The notes beneath the pieces were generated by a model, which saw nothing but the letters and a program-made list of their open reading frames with translations, was not told where the DNA came from and made no database searches. A stretch of DNA of 64,000 nt, from NCBI RefSeq assembly GCF_009914755.1, contig NC_060947.1. One strand, 5' to 3'. Positions 1 through 14,557 of the stretch are shown piece by piece. Position 1 is the first letter of the stretch; the number at the start of each line of letters is the position of its first letter. This stretch comes from the human T2T-CHM13v2.0 reference genome, Homo sapiens. The translations under genes were made by a program, and so were the position numbers.

Positions 1-1700
1 GCCAGCGTGTGGGAGCTCTGCGCGTGTGTGAGGGTGTTTGTAGAAGAGGGCAGTTTCCTTTCAAATGGCCTTAGGAAGGGAAAAGAGTACTCCCTCCAGC
101 CCCTAGGTAGCCTTGGCCAGGGATGTGGGCCAAGAACAGTCTGTGGAGCTGGCCAACTTGTGGCATCCACTCCAAATAGCAGAGACCCAGTCACGCCTGC
201 TTCTGGTCCTCCCTGCCCTCAGTATTTGGTTTTGTACACCAAAGATGATCTGGCCCATCTTCCTCCCAGAGGCACAACAGTAACATGTTCCTCTGTCAGC
301 CTGTGAAGGCATGCAGGGTTCTGAAGCCACAGACTCAGTCTCCCCAAGTCAGCAATCTCTTTCTCTCTCTCTCCTCAAACTTCATCGCATTCATAGAAGC
401 TGCTTGCAGGGTCGCCGGGCTAACCAGGGTGATCGGCGAACTTTACCGTACAGTACCTCAGTCTAGCTGTCAGATCACCCCTTTTGCTGTAGCCTCTGTT
501 GAGGTTTTTATATTTGTGATCATTGGTAATTCAGTGTCCTATGAAGTGGGCACAGCTCCCCACAGAGAGCAAGTTGTCAGCAGGTCTCTGTGCACTGGTA
601 TTGGGGCAGGGCAGTGCCCTGGGGGTAAGCTAGGTGGCTCAGGGAGTGGCAGAAGGGCCATTTTTCCCTCTGCCAAAAAGACTTCCTTGGATTTGTAGAT
701 GTTGACCCAGAGTCCTCTGTCCCCTCCTGAAGAGGATTTTCTTACTGGTTTCTACTGAAGGGGAGGTAGGGGAGGAGGAAAAAAGGACCATGTGTGATGC
801 TGTTAGACAAGACACTGACGCTGATTATGGAGGGTCTCCTGCAGGCCCTTGTGGGCTCCTTGGCAAGGCCCCAGGCTGGGAAGGAGCTCCCCCCACTGCC
901 CATCCTGCCCGCTTTGTGGCGGGTAGAGTCAGTGACAGGGAGGCAGCCCTCCTTTTGTGTATATAGAGTGAGCTGATTTGGGCTCAGGAAAACCTAGTCG
1001 CTTGTTGCTCTCGTCTGTGACATTTTTGTACACTGGTTTGCTACTCATGGCAAGAAACAGACAAAGCCCCATGAAAAATAAAACAAAACAAAAGTCATTT
1101 CAAACAAAGCTGTTGTTTTGAAAACTCTTGCTTTCTTTTGGTGTCCATTTTGTGTTCTATTTTAAAGAATCTTTCATTTATATTGGTGTTATTGTAGTGA
1201 AGAGAATGTGATAGGCTGATCTGTAATGGTTTCTGTCAGGAGCTTAGCAAATGCCTCTGCCCCTCTTCCCCTACCCCTGTCCTTCCTCAGTTCCCAGCTG
1301 GGATTGCTATGCACTGGGCAGACCCGTCACTGTCTCCCCTGAACCCCCACACAGTGGCTTCCCTTAGAACCAGTCTTTGTACTCTCCCTAAACAGCAGCA
1401 GGCTTAGGATTTTTGTCAGGCTGGTTCTTGCGTGCTCTGTGCCCCCACCAGTTTGCTCACCTCTTGGGGCATTTTGTAATGTGTTTTCTCTGTCTTGTAA
1501 AACCTTTTGATTGTACCGAAATGGTATCTGCAGTCGCCTTTGGAAATAAATGGTCATTAATTTGTGTACTTAGCATTCTGAATTTTAGTCTCAGGTGTTT
1601 CTGTTGTTGAAGATCCTTGAATGAAAAGGAACCCTCACCATGGGGCTTACTGTTATAATGTTTCTTCATTTACTGTTATTAAAAGATTTATGAGAACCCA
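1..1700 (+). other. TMEM164: Probable distal 3'UTR of TMEM164 (convergent neighbour of AMMECR1)
   Basis: Largely repeat-free, GU/U-rich sequence with poly(A) signals AATAAA 1077-1082, AATAAA 1545-1550 and ATTAAA 1678-1683. Gene identity rests on recalled Xq23 gene order relative to AMMECR1; no coding exon is in the window. Confidence 0.6.
1545..1683 (+). terminator. Candidate tandem polyadenylation signals (AATAAA 1545-1550; ATTAAA 1678-1683)
   Basis: Canonical and variant hexamers; the first is followed by U/GU-rich sequence. Confidence 0.5.
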
Positions 1701-2269
1701 GGAGTCCTGGCCTTGCTTCCCAGAACCCTCTCAGAAGGCCCTCTGCTTTGAAAAATAGACAAAAGGGGCCTCTGGCCCTCCGTACTGTGGAAGACCCTCA
1801 AAGGACAGCTGGGCTTTCTCAGCACACTTTTGTCCTGGGAGCTGCGTGGCTGGTTGCCCTTGAATTCCCACACATTGCCTACTTCTGCCAGGGACCCAGC
1901 AGGCCATTTGCTCTTAGCAGAGGGCTTGTCTGCCGGGCACGTTTGCTGGGCTCTCTGGTACCCAAAGTGCATTGGGCTAGGCTGGAGGACTGAGCTGGAG
2001 AAGGCAAACACATTCAGGCCCACTCAACCTAGATTTCCTGAGGGCCAGCTCTGCACCAGCACTTCTCAGCACAGGCCTGCACCCAGCATGGGTCGGACCA
2101 TGAACAAGATAGCCTTACCCTTTGGAAGCAGACCTGCTTTTCCAAGGCTACCTGCTGAGCAGCCCATGATGACTGTGATTGGCCCTTTTTACACAGGACA
2201 GAGGCCCTGTTCAGGCTTTCACCTGGGCTGCTGTTTCTGGAGAGGAGAGGTAGCCAGATAGGGAGGGGT

Positions 2270-2450
2270 AGCAGAACTGAAAGGCACAGGAAGAAAGGGG
2301 GCCAGATATGGCGAAGGGGAAGGACGGAAAGAGGCTGGTGGGGAGGAGGTGAGGAGAGTTGGTTCGTGTCCTTCCCCCATGTGTTCTTTTTCAGGAAGAG
2401 AGCTGAAAAAGACAATGACCTAGGCCATTGCCATCCCTACCCTGGGCAGT
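2270..2450 (+). repeat. Local direct duplication, copy 1 (~180 bp)
   Basis: Aligns by eye to 3004-3178 (ctgaaaggcacaggaagaaagggggccag...ggccattgccatccctaccctgggcagt). Confidence 0.9.
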
Positions 2451-3003
2451 CTTTGTACAGCTAGCCAGACCTGGCAGCCAGTGCAGGTGGATCTCCTCAT
2501 TTGCCAGTGTTTGGGCACCCAGGCTATGAATGAGGCAGGGTCTTGCAATTGTGGACTAGAAGATTAGCAGCCTAGAAAAGTCACTTATCTTGCTGCCTCA
2601 GGTTCTTAATCAGCAAAGTAGTAGCTCCAACTGCACACCAGGCATGGAGCCAAATCCCTCCCATTACCTCTTAGAATCCCCATCAAAGTACAATTAGCTG
2701 ACTGGCAATGCTGTCCTTGTACGGTAGGGAGAAAGTGAGAACATGGAGGTTTAGTCATAAATGGAGGAGCTGGAATTGGAAACTAGTTTTGTTAGACCCC
2801 AAAGCTCACATGCTCTCCACTCTCCACCAGCTTCCACTGCCTTTCCAGTGTGCTGGCACTGCTGGGTAGACCCTTGCCCAGGGACCCCTGGTCCTTATAG
2901 AAGTGGAAAGAGAGCCGGGCAGTGGTGTGGAAGATGAGAGAGAAAGGGGAGGCCCACGAGTGTAGAAAGCAGAGGAATCAAGGCCTGTCAGCAGCAGCCT
3001 CAA

Positions 3004-3178
3004 AGCAGACCTGAAAGGCACAGGAAGAAAGGGGGCCAGGTGAAGGGGAAGGATGGAAAGAGGCTGCGGAGAGGAGGTGAGGAGAGTTGGTTTGTGTCCT
3101 TTCCCCATGGGTTCCTTTTTAGGAAGAGAGCTAAGAAAGACGATGACATAGGCCATTGCCATCCCTACCCTGGGCAGT
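3004..3178 (+). repeat. Local direct duplication, copy 2 (~175 bp)
   Basis: Aligns to 2270-2450 with scattered substitutions and small indels. Confidence 0.9.
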
Positions 3179-3259
3179 GCATCTGCCCCTACCACCATGT
3201 CCATCCCCACCCTAGTCTGTATTCCCTCCTGCAGGCAACAGTCTTTTCCAGTGCAGATC

Positions 3260-3760
3260 TGCATCACTTCCCTGGGCCACTGGCTCTAGAATATAAAGCC
3301 CAGGCTCTTTCATGTAGCATACAAGCCCTGGGCTTTGTAAGCATCTTCAACTACATCTCCTCCACCCCACACTCCCAAAAGAAGCATGCAGAGAAACACT
3401 TCACTCCAGCGGGATCGTACTCCCCTTTGGCATGCCACGCCATTTCCCAGGTCCTTGCCATTTGTTTCCTTTGTGCTGTTTTCTCAGCTTCCCACTCTCC
3501 CGTTTCATCCTAAGGCCTCCACTCAAAGGTTAGCTCCTCTCTGCAGTCTTCCCTGAGCCCCAGGCTATGTTAGGTGCCAGTCCACTTTGCTCCTACAGCA
3601 CCTGGTACTAACTCTGGCCATCATTTGCCTCCCTCTTACGTGATTCATTACTGGTCTCTCTCCCTCTGTAGACATTAAGCTCCTTGAGGGCCAGGTGGGG
3701 TCTGATTCATCCTCCAGCCCCTGGCACAGGACCCATTCCATGGAAAGTGCTCCGTGAACA
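3260..3760 (+). mobile_element. LINE-2 3' fragment
   Basis: L2-like 3' motifs (ctgtagacattaagctccttgagggccagg; cctggcacag...gtgctc). Boundaries approximate. Confidence 0.55.
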
Positions 3761-5584
3761 AGGATCTTACACCTGAGTGCTAAAATATGGTAGGAGGCAC
3801 CACTGTTCTCTGATGGAGAACCCTAGGCTACATAAGCCATGCCCATCCTATGAATTCTCCTGGATGGGGCTGGGATGCCTTTGTTTGCCCAGGCACCTCA
3901 AGCTTCTTGCTGAGGGGCCCCATCCTGTTTCTCTGCAGGGCTCTATATAGTTGGTGTCCTGGATAAGGAGGCAGTATTGTGAGGGAAAAGCACTAAGACC
4001 AACAGCAACTGTTCACCTGACTCTTTCCTGGACCTCTGGGCAAGGTGTCCAACTGCTTTTCCATATCCTTTATAGCTCTTCATCACCACCAGGGTCACCC
4101 CTTCCTTCCCTGGAGGCACACAGAGTTGGTGTCTGCATGGCAAAAGCCCCACCAGCCCATGGAATGTGTCATCCACCCCGCTGAGGGGTAGGGAGCAGCT
4201 TGAGATGGTTACAACCTGATCCCCCAATGAGCTTTTCCCTTGTCCTGGTTTGCCAGTGCCAGTGGAGGAACAGAAATACACAGATGTCAGCCTGACAAAT
4301 GCAATGGTTTAATCAAAGGATGTGTGGTTTGCTAACCTTGGCAACAGGCAAGGCCAATGTAGTCTAAAGTCAAGGACTCTGTTACTGCCTGAACCCCCCC
4401 GCCCCGCCCACAGTCAGCACTCTGCCTCGCATCTGAATTGCACACCTGGGATGTCTGAGCTGCTGGGCAAAGGGGTTTAAGAGCCAGGGAGGCAGTAGGG
4501 AGAGGCTTCTCCTGTGGCTAATGGATGCCCTCCACAGCTGACTTCCTAACTTTCAATAACTCCTGCATCCCAGCCAGCCGGTAATCTCTGCATTTCACAC
4601 TGAGGCAGGTCTTTGCAGTGGGGGTGGATGCTTCCTTGACACATCTGTGCTAGGAAACAGGGCCAGTAGCATGAGTCACAGAGCTGTTCTCCTGTCCAAC
4701 AACCTATTTTCAGCCCCATCACTGCTCCAGCCAGCAGGCCTCTCTGCTCCCTTCCACACTTCCCTTCTCCATCCAAGGGGCTTGCCCAGGTGATGCCAAC
4801 CTGCCACTGTTGTCCCTTCTCTATACTCAGGAGGCTCATGCTTTTTAGTATTGCATTTTTAGAAAGACCTTGGGCTCTCTAGTATTCTGTCCCCTGAGAA
4901 CAGAGGGATCTTCCTGTGCATTCCAAGACATACACTCAGATTTCTAGCGTGTCGGCGCTAACAAGATACCTCTAGTACAGTGGACTGTCGATTTTGTTGC
5001 TCATTAATCCCCTGGGGAGCTTTAAAAATCTCAGTCCCCAGGCCTCACCCAAGCTCATAATTCAAAGCAAACTTCTTTTGCTTTCAAGTTTCCAGGCCGG
5101 TTCTGAGTCATCTCTTTGACCTGACCGTCTATAGCAGTGCCTTTTTAAAAAAGGAAATATTTAAGATATACCAAAAGGTATCAAGAATAATACCTAAATT
5201 CAGCTTAAAAAAGAACATTACCAATACAGTTGAAGCCCCCTTGCTCCAGAGGTGTACAGATTCTTCCTCAGCACCTCAGGGTTGCTGGAGAGGTGCCTCA
5301 GAAGCCACCTCAGGCAGCGGGGGATGCATCGGAGTAGAGTGGGTGGTGCTCTGGCCTTTTCCCTGGCTTCACCCAGAACAACTCCAATTTTATTCTGTTT
5401 TGTATATTGAGGTTTTGGAAATAACTTTGTTGGGAAAAGGAGTTAAAAGTTACTTATTTACAACCTCAGTAGTTATGTCTCTATCCTTTCCCTAAATAAT
5501 AGTTGTTGTCCTGTAGTAGTCAAACCAGCATTGTAGCAGGACTGAGCAGGCAGGGCCTGCTCTCCCAGTTCTTCCCTTTCAGGT

Positions 5585-5720
5585 CCCGAGTGCCCTTGGC
5601 AAAGTCATACCTTTCCTGAACTCCATTTGTAAAATAGTAGTAAATATCCTTGTCTAGCTTACCCCACAGGACATCTATGAGGAATCCAGTGAGACCAGTG
5701 GGTGTGAGAGGGCTCTATAA
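5585..5720 (+). mobile_element. MIR SINE fragment
   Basis: Degenerate MIR core (ccttggcaaagtcat...atttgtaaaatag...tgaggaatccagtgaga). Confidence 0.55.
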
Positions 5721-5904
5721 AGTTCTGTCCAGTGGAAGGGGTTCCTATTTCCAGACAGTTTGGTTACTATGCTTGTTCCCAGAGCACAGAGGTTAGCTGG
5801 GGTTTTGACTGCACTCATACCCACTCTGCCTTAATGTGCCCTGTGTGGTTGCGGTCTGTGGTGTGTATGTGAGTGGGTGTTTGTGTGTAGGACAGGTGAT
5901 ACCT

Positions 5905-6080
5905 CAGTTTATTTCATGGACTCTAAGACACATTTTTTTCACATTTTAACATCACTAAAATTGGAATGCATCTTAAAATCAGTGGCATGACAGTTTAATC
6001 AGCACCTTTTTTTTTCAGCAGTATATAAAATAACAGACATCTTATAATCTAAGGCATATTAGAGTCAATGAAATACTGTA
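5905..6080. mobile_element. TcMar-type MITE, MER104-like
   Basis: Terminal inverted repeats (tatttcatggactctaagac ... ttagagtcaatgaaatactg) ending at TA; ~175 bp. Confidence 0.65.
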
Positions 6081-7339
6081 ATTGTTAACTTAGACTCCTC
6101 TTCCTCTTCTCCCATGAAAGTCATCTTCTTGCTAGAGAAAACCCTTTTGGAAAAATATACAGACTTTTAGCATACAGCCTCATTCTAACACTCCTCTTTT
6201 TCTTCCCTGCCAGCATCCACCCAGGCCAGGCAAGGCTTCTGCTTCTTGACCAGAAGGGGACCCACTTTGTTGAGCTCTCTCTTGGGACAGATGGTTTGTG
6301 GGACATGAGAGGGAAGAGGCAGAGTATACCTGCATAAGGGAGCCCACCGTGCCAAATGACAGGGAAGGAGTCAGACAAGCTAGGCCAGCCAGCCCCAATA
6401 GCTCTGGTTTCTTTCTTTCCCCAACAGCAGCCTGGCCAGACAACTCAGCCTGCTTCCCTGGGGAACTCCTAGGGCTAGTCATTGCCAGAGGTGAGGTGAG
6501 CTGGCAGAAGTAGGGGTGGGGGTGTGAAGCCCAATGTGTCCTGAACTCCCTGGGTTGATGTGAGTGGCTGTCTGGCCCATGCAGAAGAACACAATGATTT
6601 CCCTACCTCCTCCAACAAGGTGGAAGAAGAGTCAGGTAGTAAGCCTTTCAAGGAAAAGCAGCACTTTGTCCTAGGGCACCCTGAGCCATGGGCATTTCAC
6701 TGCAGTTAGGAATTGCCACCAACATCCCCTCAGTCCTGGCAGTCACTCAAATTAAGCTCTGCCCTTGTAACCTTTAGGCCAACCTCTTCCAGAAGGGAAG
6801 AGGAGTGTCTGCATAGTGAGATCTAGGGATACTTGGTCACAGGAAGCCGCTTTTGGACATTTCTCCCCCAGAGAGCTTAGCAAGACATGATCAGCCTGGA
6901 TTACAGCTGCCCTCACGTAACTGGGTTAAAGTGTTGGCCTACTTAGGCCCCTCCTGCAGTGGCTTCCTTCAAAGCTGATGAGGCCGATTAGGGTGCTATT
7001 TCTGAGATCTAGTCGTGTACCCAGAAGCCTGAGGGCGGTCCTCCCCTGACTAGAAAGACAATGACTAAGGCTGGACAGCCAAGGGCAGAGTCAGATTTGC
7101 CCATAGGAGAGCACTGCCGTCAGAACTCATGTATGCTTGTAAAAGAACCAAATAATATCAAGGCTAAGTCCCTGGATTTTGAACTTCAAAAACCAAACCA
7201 ACCAATCAGTTTTCAGGGATAGGCCTAGTCCTACACCTTTGCCATCTTCAGAGCTAAAGAGAGATAGCAGATCGTCAAAATAAAATCTTCAATTATAGTT
7301 GTAGTCACTAGCCGCCACTCAGTAGGTTCTGTGCATTTG

Positions 7340-7765
7340 AGATTGTTAACTAACCTCTGAGCCTCAGTTTGCTCATCTACAAAATGGCAATAATGATAGC
7401 ATCTACCTCATAGGCTATTGTGAGGATTGAATAGAAAAGGCACATAAGGCACTTGGCACAGTACCTGGCAGCACATTTGTTAGATACCACCACTACCATC
7501 ACCACAACCATTACCACCACCATTGTCACCATCATCATCCTCATCAAGACAACAGTGAATGGGAAAAAGCTCAGTCTCTGGAGCCTGACAAACTTTTTTT
7601 GAATCCTGGCTTTGCCACTTCACAGCTACGTGGCCTCAGATAAGTGACAACTTCTTTGAACTTGATTCTTATTCTGTAAAATGGGAAACTCATAAGGCTA
7701 TTGAAAAGTGTATAACATGGTTCTTCACAGTAAGCACTCAATAAATGTTAGCTATTATGATTATT
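7340..7765 (+). mobile_element. Two MIR fragments flanking a (CAC/CAT)n simple repeat (7485-7545)
   Basis: MIR core ctctgagcctcagtttgctcatctacaaaatgg and a second copy (gaatcctggctttgccact...ctgtaaaatggg...agcactcaataaatgttagctatt). Confidence 0.7.
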
Positions 7766-7774
7766 AAAAAGGAG

Positions 7775-8153
7775 TGATCAAGGTCAGTGGTTGCCTGGTG
7801 TTAGGAGGATACAGAGATGAATGGGCTAAGCACAGAGGGTTTCTAGGGCAATGAGACTACTATTCTGTGTAATACTATAATGGTGGATACATTTCATTAT
7901 ATATTTGTCAAAACTCATAGAATATACAATACCAAAAGTGAACCCTAATGTAAACTTTGGACTTTGGATGATAATGATGTATCAGTGTAGGTTCATCAGT
8001 TGTAACAAATGTGCCACTCTGATACAGGATGTTGATAGTGGGGTAGGCTGTGTGTGTGATGGGTGTATAGGAAATATGGGGGAACTGTCTATACATTTTG
8101 CTCAATTTTGCTGTGAACCTAAAACTTCTCTGAAAAATAAAGTATATTTAAAA
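7775..8153 (+). mobile_element. Old L1 (L1MC-like) 3'UTR end
   Basis: gtgaaccctaatgtaaactttggactttgg...ctgtgaacctaaaac...aaataaagt is typical of L1MC 3' ends. Confidence 0.7.
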
Positions 8154-10979
8154 TGAAAAGGAAAAAAATGGGAGTGATCATACTAGATTGTTATAAACTT
8201 AGGATGTTAGCTATAATCCCCATGATAACCACTAAGAAAATAACTAAAATAGAGAGAAGAGGAAATGAAGTGGGAATCAAAGTGGATATTACCAAAAAAA
8301 AATACATCAAACACGAAAGAAGGCAGTATAGGAGGAACTGAGGAACAAAAAAAGATATACAGCACAATGGCACAAGTCCTTTATTATCAGTAATCACTTT
8401 GAATGTAAATGGATTAAGCTCACCAATTAAAAGACAGACATTGGCAGAATGGATTAAAAAACAACATGATCCAATTATATGCTACTGACAAGACACTCAG
8501 TTTAGACCCAAAGATACAGGTTAAAAGTGAAAGGATTAAAATAATAGATATTCTATCCAAATAGTAACCACAAGAGAGCTGAGATGGTTACACTAATATT
8601 AGACAAAATGGAGTTTAAGTAAAAAATTGTCATAAAAATGAAGAAGGAAATTTTTACTGATAAAGGGTTAATTCATAAAGAAGATATAACAATGATAAAC
8701 AAGTATGCATCAAACAACAGAGCTCCAAAATATATGAAGTGAACACTGATGGAATTAAAAACAAATAGTAGACAGTTCTACAACAATATTTGGAGACCTC
8801 TGTATGCCACATTAAACAATGGATAGAACAACTAGACAGAAGATCAGTAAGGAAATAGTGTTCAACAACACTGTAAACCAACTAGATCCAATAAACATAC
8901 AGAACACTATACCCCACAACAGCACAATACGCATTCTTCTTAAGTGTACATGGGATATTCTCCAGGTTAGAGCATATATTAGGCCATAAAACAATTATTT
9001 TAAAACATTTTAAAATGCTGGAATTATACAAAGTATGTTTGATCAAATGGAACAAAGCTAGAAATCAATAATGAGAAAAACTGGAGATTTTGCAAATGTG
9101 TGGAAATTAAGAACATACTCTTAAAGAACCAATGAGTGTCAAAGAAGAAATCACTAGGGGAATTAGAAAATGCTTTTAGATGAATGAGAATGAAAATACA
9201 ACATACAACAACTTATGGGATACAGTGAATGCAGTGCCCAGGGGGAAATTTATAGCTGTAAACACCTACATTAAAAAAGAAGAAAGATCTGAAACCAGTA
9301 CTCTAACTTTACACCTTAAGGGACTAGAAAAAGAAAAGCAAACGAAACCTAAAGCCAGCAGAGGAAATGAAATAATAAAGATTAGAGCAGAGATAAATGA
9401 AATAGATAATAGAAGAAAAAGAGTCAATGAAACCAATAGTTGGTTGTTTGAAAGGATAACAAACCACGGCCAAGTGGGATTTATTCCAGGAACTTAAGGG
9501 TGGTTTGATGTCAGAAAATCAACCAATGTAGTACACCGCAGTAATAGAACAAAGTAGGGGGTGGGGTGGGAACACGATCATCTCGATATATGCAGAAAAA
9601 CCATTTGACAAAAGTTAATACCCTTTCATAATAAAACACTCAGCAAACTAGGAGTAGAAGGCAAATGCCTTAACATGATAAAGGGGCGTTTACGAAAAAC
9701 CCACAACTAACATCATACCTAATAGACAAAGACTGAAAGCTTTTCTCCTAAGATCAGGAACAAGACCAGGATGTTTATGTTTATCTCTGCTATTCAACAT
9801 AGTATTGAAAGTCCTAGCCAGAGCAGTTAAGCAAGAGAAAGAAACAAAAGGCATCCAAATTGGAAAGGAAGAGGTAAAACTATCTCTATTTGCAGATAAT
9901 ATGACTATATTCCCATAGAATACACACACCAACAACTACTAGAGCCAGTAAATGAGTTCAGCAAAATTGTAGCATATAAGATCAACACACAAAATCAGTT
10001 ATGTTTCTAAATGCCAGTAATAAACAGTCTGAAAATAAAATGAAAAAAAAAAAGCAATCTCCTTTATAATAGCATCCAAAATAACAAAATACCTAGTAAT
10101 AAATTTAACCAAGGAGGTAAATGACTTGTACATTGAAAACTAGAAAATATTGCTGGAAGAAATTTTAAAATGTCTAAATAAATGGAAAGGCATCCTGCTT
10201 TCATGTATTAGAAAAAATATCCAAATGGCAATAGTCTCCAAAGCCATCTACAGTTTCAGTGCAATCCCTATCAAAATTCCAATGGCCTTTTTTTTTTTTG
10301 CAACAATGGAAAAGCCAATCTTCAAAATCATAAGGAAACTCAAGGGGCCTTGGACAGCCAAAACAGTATTGAAAAAGAAAAACAAAGTAGGATTACACTT
10401 CCTGATCTCAAAACTCACTGCAAAGCTACAGTAATCAAAACAGTGTGGTACTGGCATAAAGGTGGACATATAGAGCAATGGAATAAGATTGAGAAATAAA
10501 CGCAGACCTCTATGGTCAACTGATTTTCAACAAGGATTCCAAGAACATTCAATGGGGGAAAGAATAGTATTAACAAATAGTGTTGAGACAATTGGATAAC
10601 CACATGCAAAAGAATGAAGTTGGACTGCTACCTCACTACACATACAAAATAGCTCAAAGTAAGTCAAAGACCTAAATATAAGGAATAAAACTATACAACT
10701 AATAGAAGAAAACATAGAAGTAAATCTTCATGATCTCAGATTTGGCAGTGGATTCTTAGATTTGACACCAAAAACATTAGCAACAATAGAAAAAAATAGA
10801 TAAATTGGACTTCATAAACATGAAAAACTTTTGTCCGTCAAAGGATATTATCAAGAATATGAAAGACAAACTACATACAGAGTGAGAGAAAATATTTGCA
10901 AATCATATATCTGATAATGGTTTAATATCCTGAATATATGAAGAACTCTTACAACTCAACAATAAAAAGTGAAACAGTC

Positions 10980-11281
<302 letters not shown>

Positions 11282-11579
11282 TCAAACAGTCTGATTAAAA
11301 ACTGGGCAAAGTACTAGAATAGACATTTTTCCAAAGAAAATATACAAATAGCCAATAAGCACATGAAAAAGTGTTCAATATCAATGATCTTTAAGGAAAT
11401 ACAAATCAAAACCATAATGAGATGCCACTTCACATCCACTAAGATGGCTTTAATCAAAAAAAGAAAAGTAATGATGGTGAGGATGAGAAATAGGAACCCA
11501 TATACCTTGCTACTGGGAACATAAAATGGTACAGCCACTTTGGAAAATGGTTTGGCAGTTCCTCAAAAAGTTAAAGGTA

Positions 11580-11963
<384 letters not shown>

Positions 11964-14253
11964 TCACACAGAAATTTGTACACAAATGTTTATATAGCAT
12001 TGGTCCTAAGAGCCAAAAGGTGGAAGCAATCCAAATATCCATTATGATGGATAAACAAACTGTGTTACATGATACAATGAAATATTATTCAGCCATAAAA
12101 AGGAACAAAGTACTAAAACTTGGTACAACTTGGATAAACCTTGAAAACATACTCAATGAAAGAAGCCACAAAAGATCACATATTATATGAGTCCATTAAT
12201 ATGATACATCCAGAATGGGTAAATTCAGAGAGATGGAAGGAAGATTAGAGGTTACTTAGGGGTTGGGGGTGGGACTTGGCGAGTGACTTCTCTTAATGGG
12301 TGTGGGGTGTTTTTATGGAGTGATGAAAAAGTTTTAAAGCTAGAGAGAGCCAGGGGTTGCACAACATTGTGAATTCACTAACTACCGAAGTGTGCATTTT
12401 AAAATGGTTAATTGTATGTTATATGAATTTTCCTATAAAAATGTCCAAAAAATGGAGGGAGGTTGAAAATAAAGGTGTTTCTTTTTCACTTTCAAGTGCT
12501 TTGTGCACCCTGCTTGCAGGGCCCACTGTGTAACATTCCCTAGAGCAAAGGATGTTACCTGCACTTTCCCAGCCTACTGCTGACTATTTATTAGCAATGT
12601 CTATTTGACCTTCTCCAAGGCTGCAGGGCCAGTTAGACCCATCTACCCAACAGGAACAATCCCATCCTATTTGGATCCAACAACTGGATTAACCCCATGT
12701 TTCCCTTTTAAGCCCCATCATTCATGAGTACCACAGACCACAAGATATGCTAGGCCAGATAAACAAGAACCAATTCACCAAGGAGCATGACTTCATGTAC
12801 ACAGGTCACTATGGCTACCCACATCTGCCCCGACCACAATTCTGGGAAAGAGACCATTGCTGAGGCATATGCCAGCAGGGTGGCAATGTCTTCATGCAGA
12901 GTTCCTGAAATTCATTTGGATGTCTGAAGTAGAGAAAGCTTAGGGAAATGTTTGCATTACTCACACCAGCACTGTCCCTCAAAATGATGGGGGTTTCCCA
13001 CTCTGTCCAGTCCAAGACACCCTTTCCATTCTGCTAGGATATGTGGGAGTGGGGAATATGATTGTTCCATCCAGCCGTTTGGCCAGCCCCCATCTCCTAT
13101 GCTGATACACAGAAACCCACTTATACATGTTGACCCATATGGTAACCTTGGGTCATTCCAAAATACCATTTAGATGGAAAGTGACTATAGCAGCTCTTAG
13201 TTTCAATATCTGCCTGATGTTTGGAAACTCTCAGCAGCTTCCTGTCAGTTAAAATGTGATTTAAACATTCTATTGTATACAAGTTGCGCTTCCTGCTTTA
13301 CAAGAGCCCACATTTAATACTGCCTTCCTGTCCTTTATGCATAGCTAGTGATTCTGAAAGTTACTCCGATTTTCCTTTCCATGTAGTTTACTCTTACTAT
13401 TCTTTCCTTCTGCCTCATGAATGGATTTTTTTCTCTGTGGGGTAATTTTTCAACCAGTAAACATACTATAAACTGTCTTCTCCTCTTCAGGCCTCAAGAT
13501 AGCCTCTTAGAGTCCTAGCCTCTCTCTGTCTCTTCTTATCGCCTCATCATAGGAAGGGCCCAATGCCTCTGAGAGGGCAGCTTCACAGTAAAGAACACAA
13601 CTCGCAGCCACCCAATGCCATTCTGTGTGTCCAAACCTATTTCTTATACAAGCACATCACTTCTCTTCCAGCCACCTTGCATATTCCTGCTAAGGAGCAA
13701 GAGAGCCACATTATGGGAACAGAAAGTCTCCTCCACTCAAGAAATTATGATCATGTCCAGTATGGGGTGGCTTCTGGTGCTGACATATTGGAGTGCAAAG
13801 AAATATAATTTCTCAACAGGGGCAGTTACAACTATGTTCTAATGCCACTGAGGTGGAAGCTATTTAGTGAAACCCTATAAAACCCTAATGTTACCTGGGC
13901 CCCAGTCTGAAGGACTTTACCCAACTAGACCAAACTCATATGCTCCTTACAACTCTTAGCCCAGAGTGGACTGTTTGTTAATTTATCTTACAAAATTATA
14001 CTATATTCATTCTGTAACCAAGCAAGGTGCCATGCCTCTGGAGGGACAGGCACTCAATAAATATTGATGGATCATGTTGAGCCTGACATTTGGGAGGAAA
14101 AGGCCAAAAAAAAAAAAAAAAGCTGTCATTTCATCAAATGATGGCTTCCCAAAAGCTCTCAAAATAACTGGGCATGTTGAGGCTCCAGCAGTGGTTTTGA
14201 TTGTCCTGTGGGATCCTGGGGTTCTGTCGGAACAGCCCCAAGTTTCCATAAAC

Positions 14254-14557
<304 letters not shown>

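Noticed and set aside
7-698. ORFs of 99 and 137 aa at the window start
   Set aside because: Non-ATG or weak starts, no recognisable domain, and they lie in probable 3'UTR; such lengths are expected by chance at ~50% GC.
1830-3513. Several 128-157 aa ORFs with mutually similar peptides
   Set aside because: The similarity comes from the DNA duplication 2270-2450/3004-3178; indels between copies do not preserve frame.
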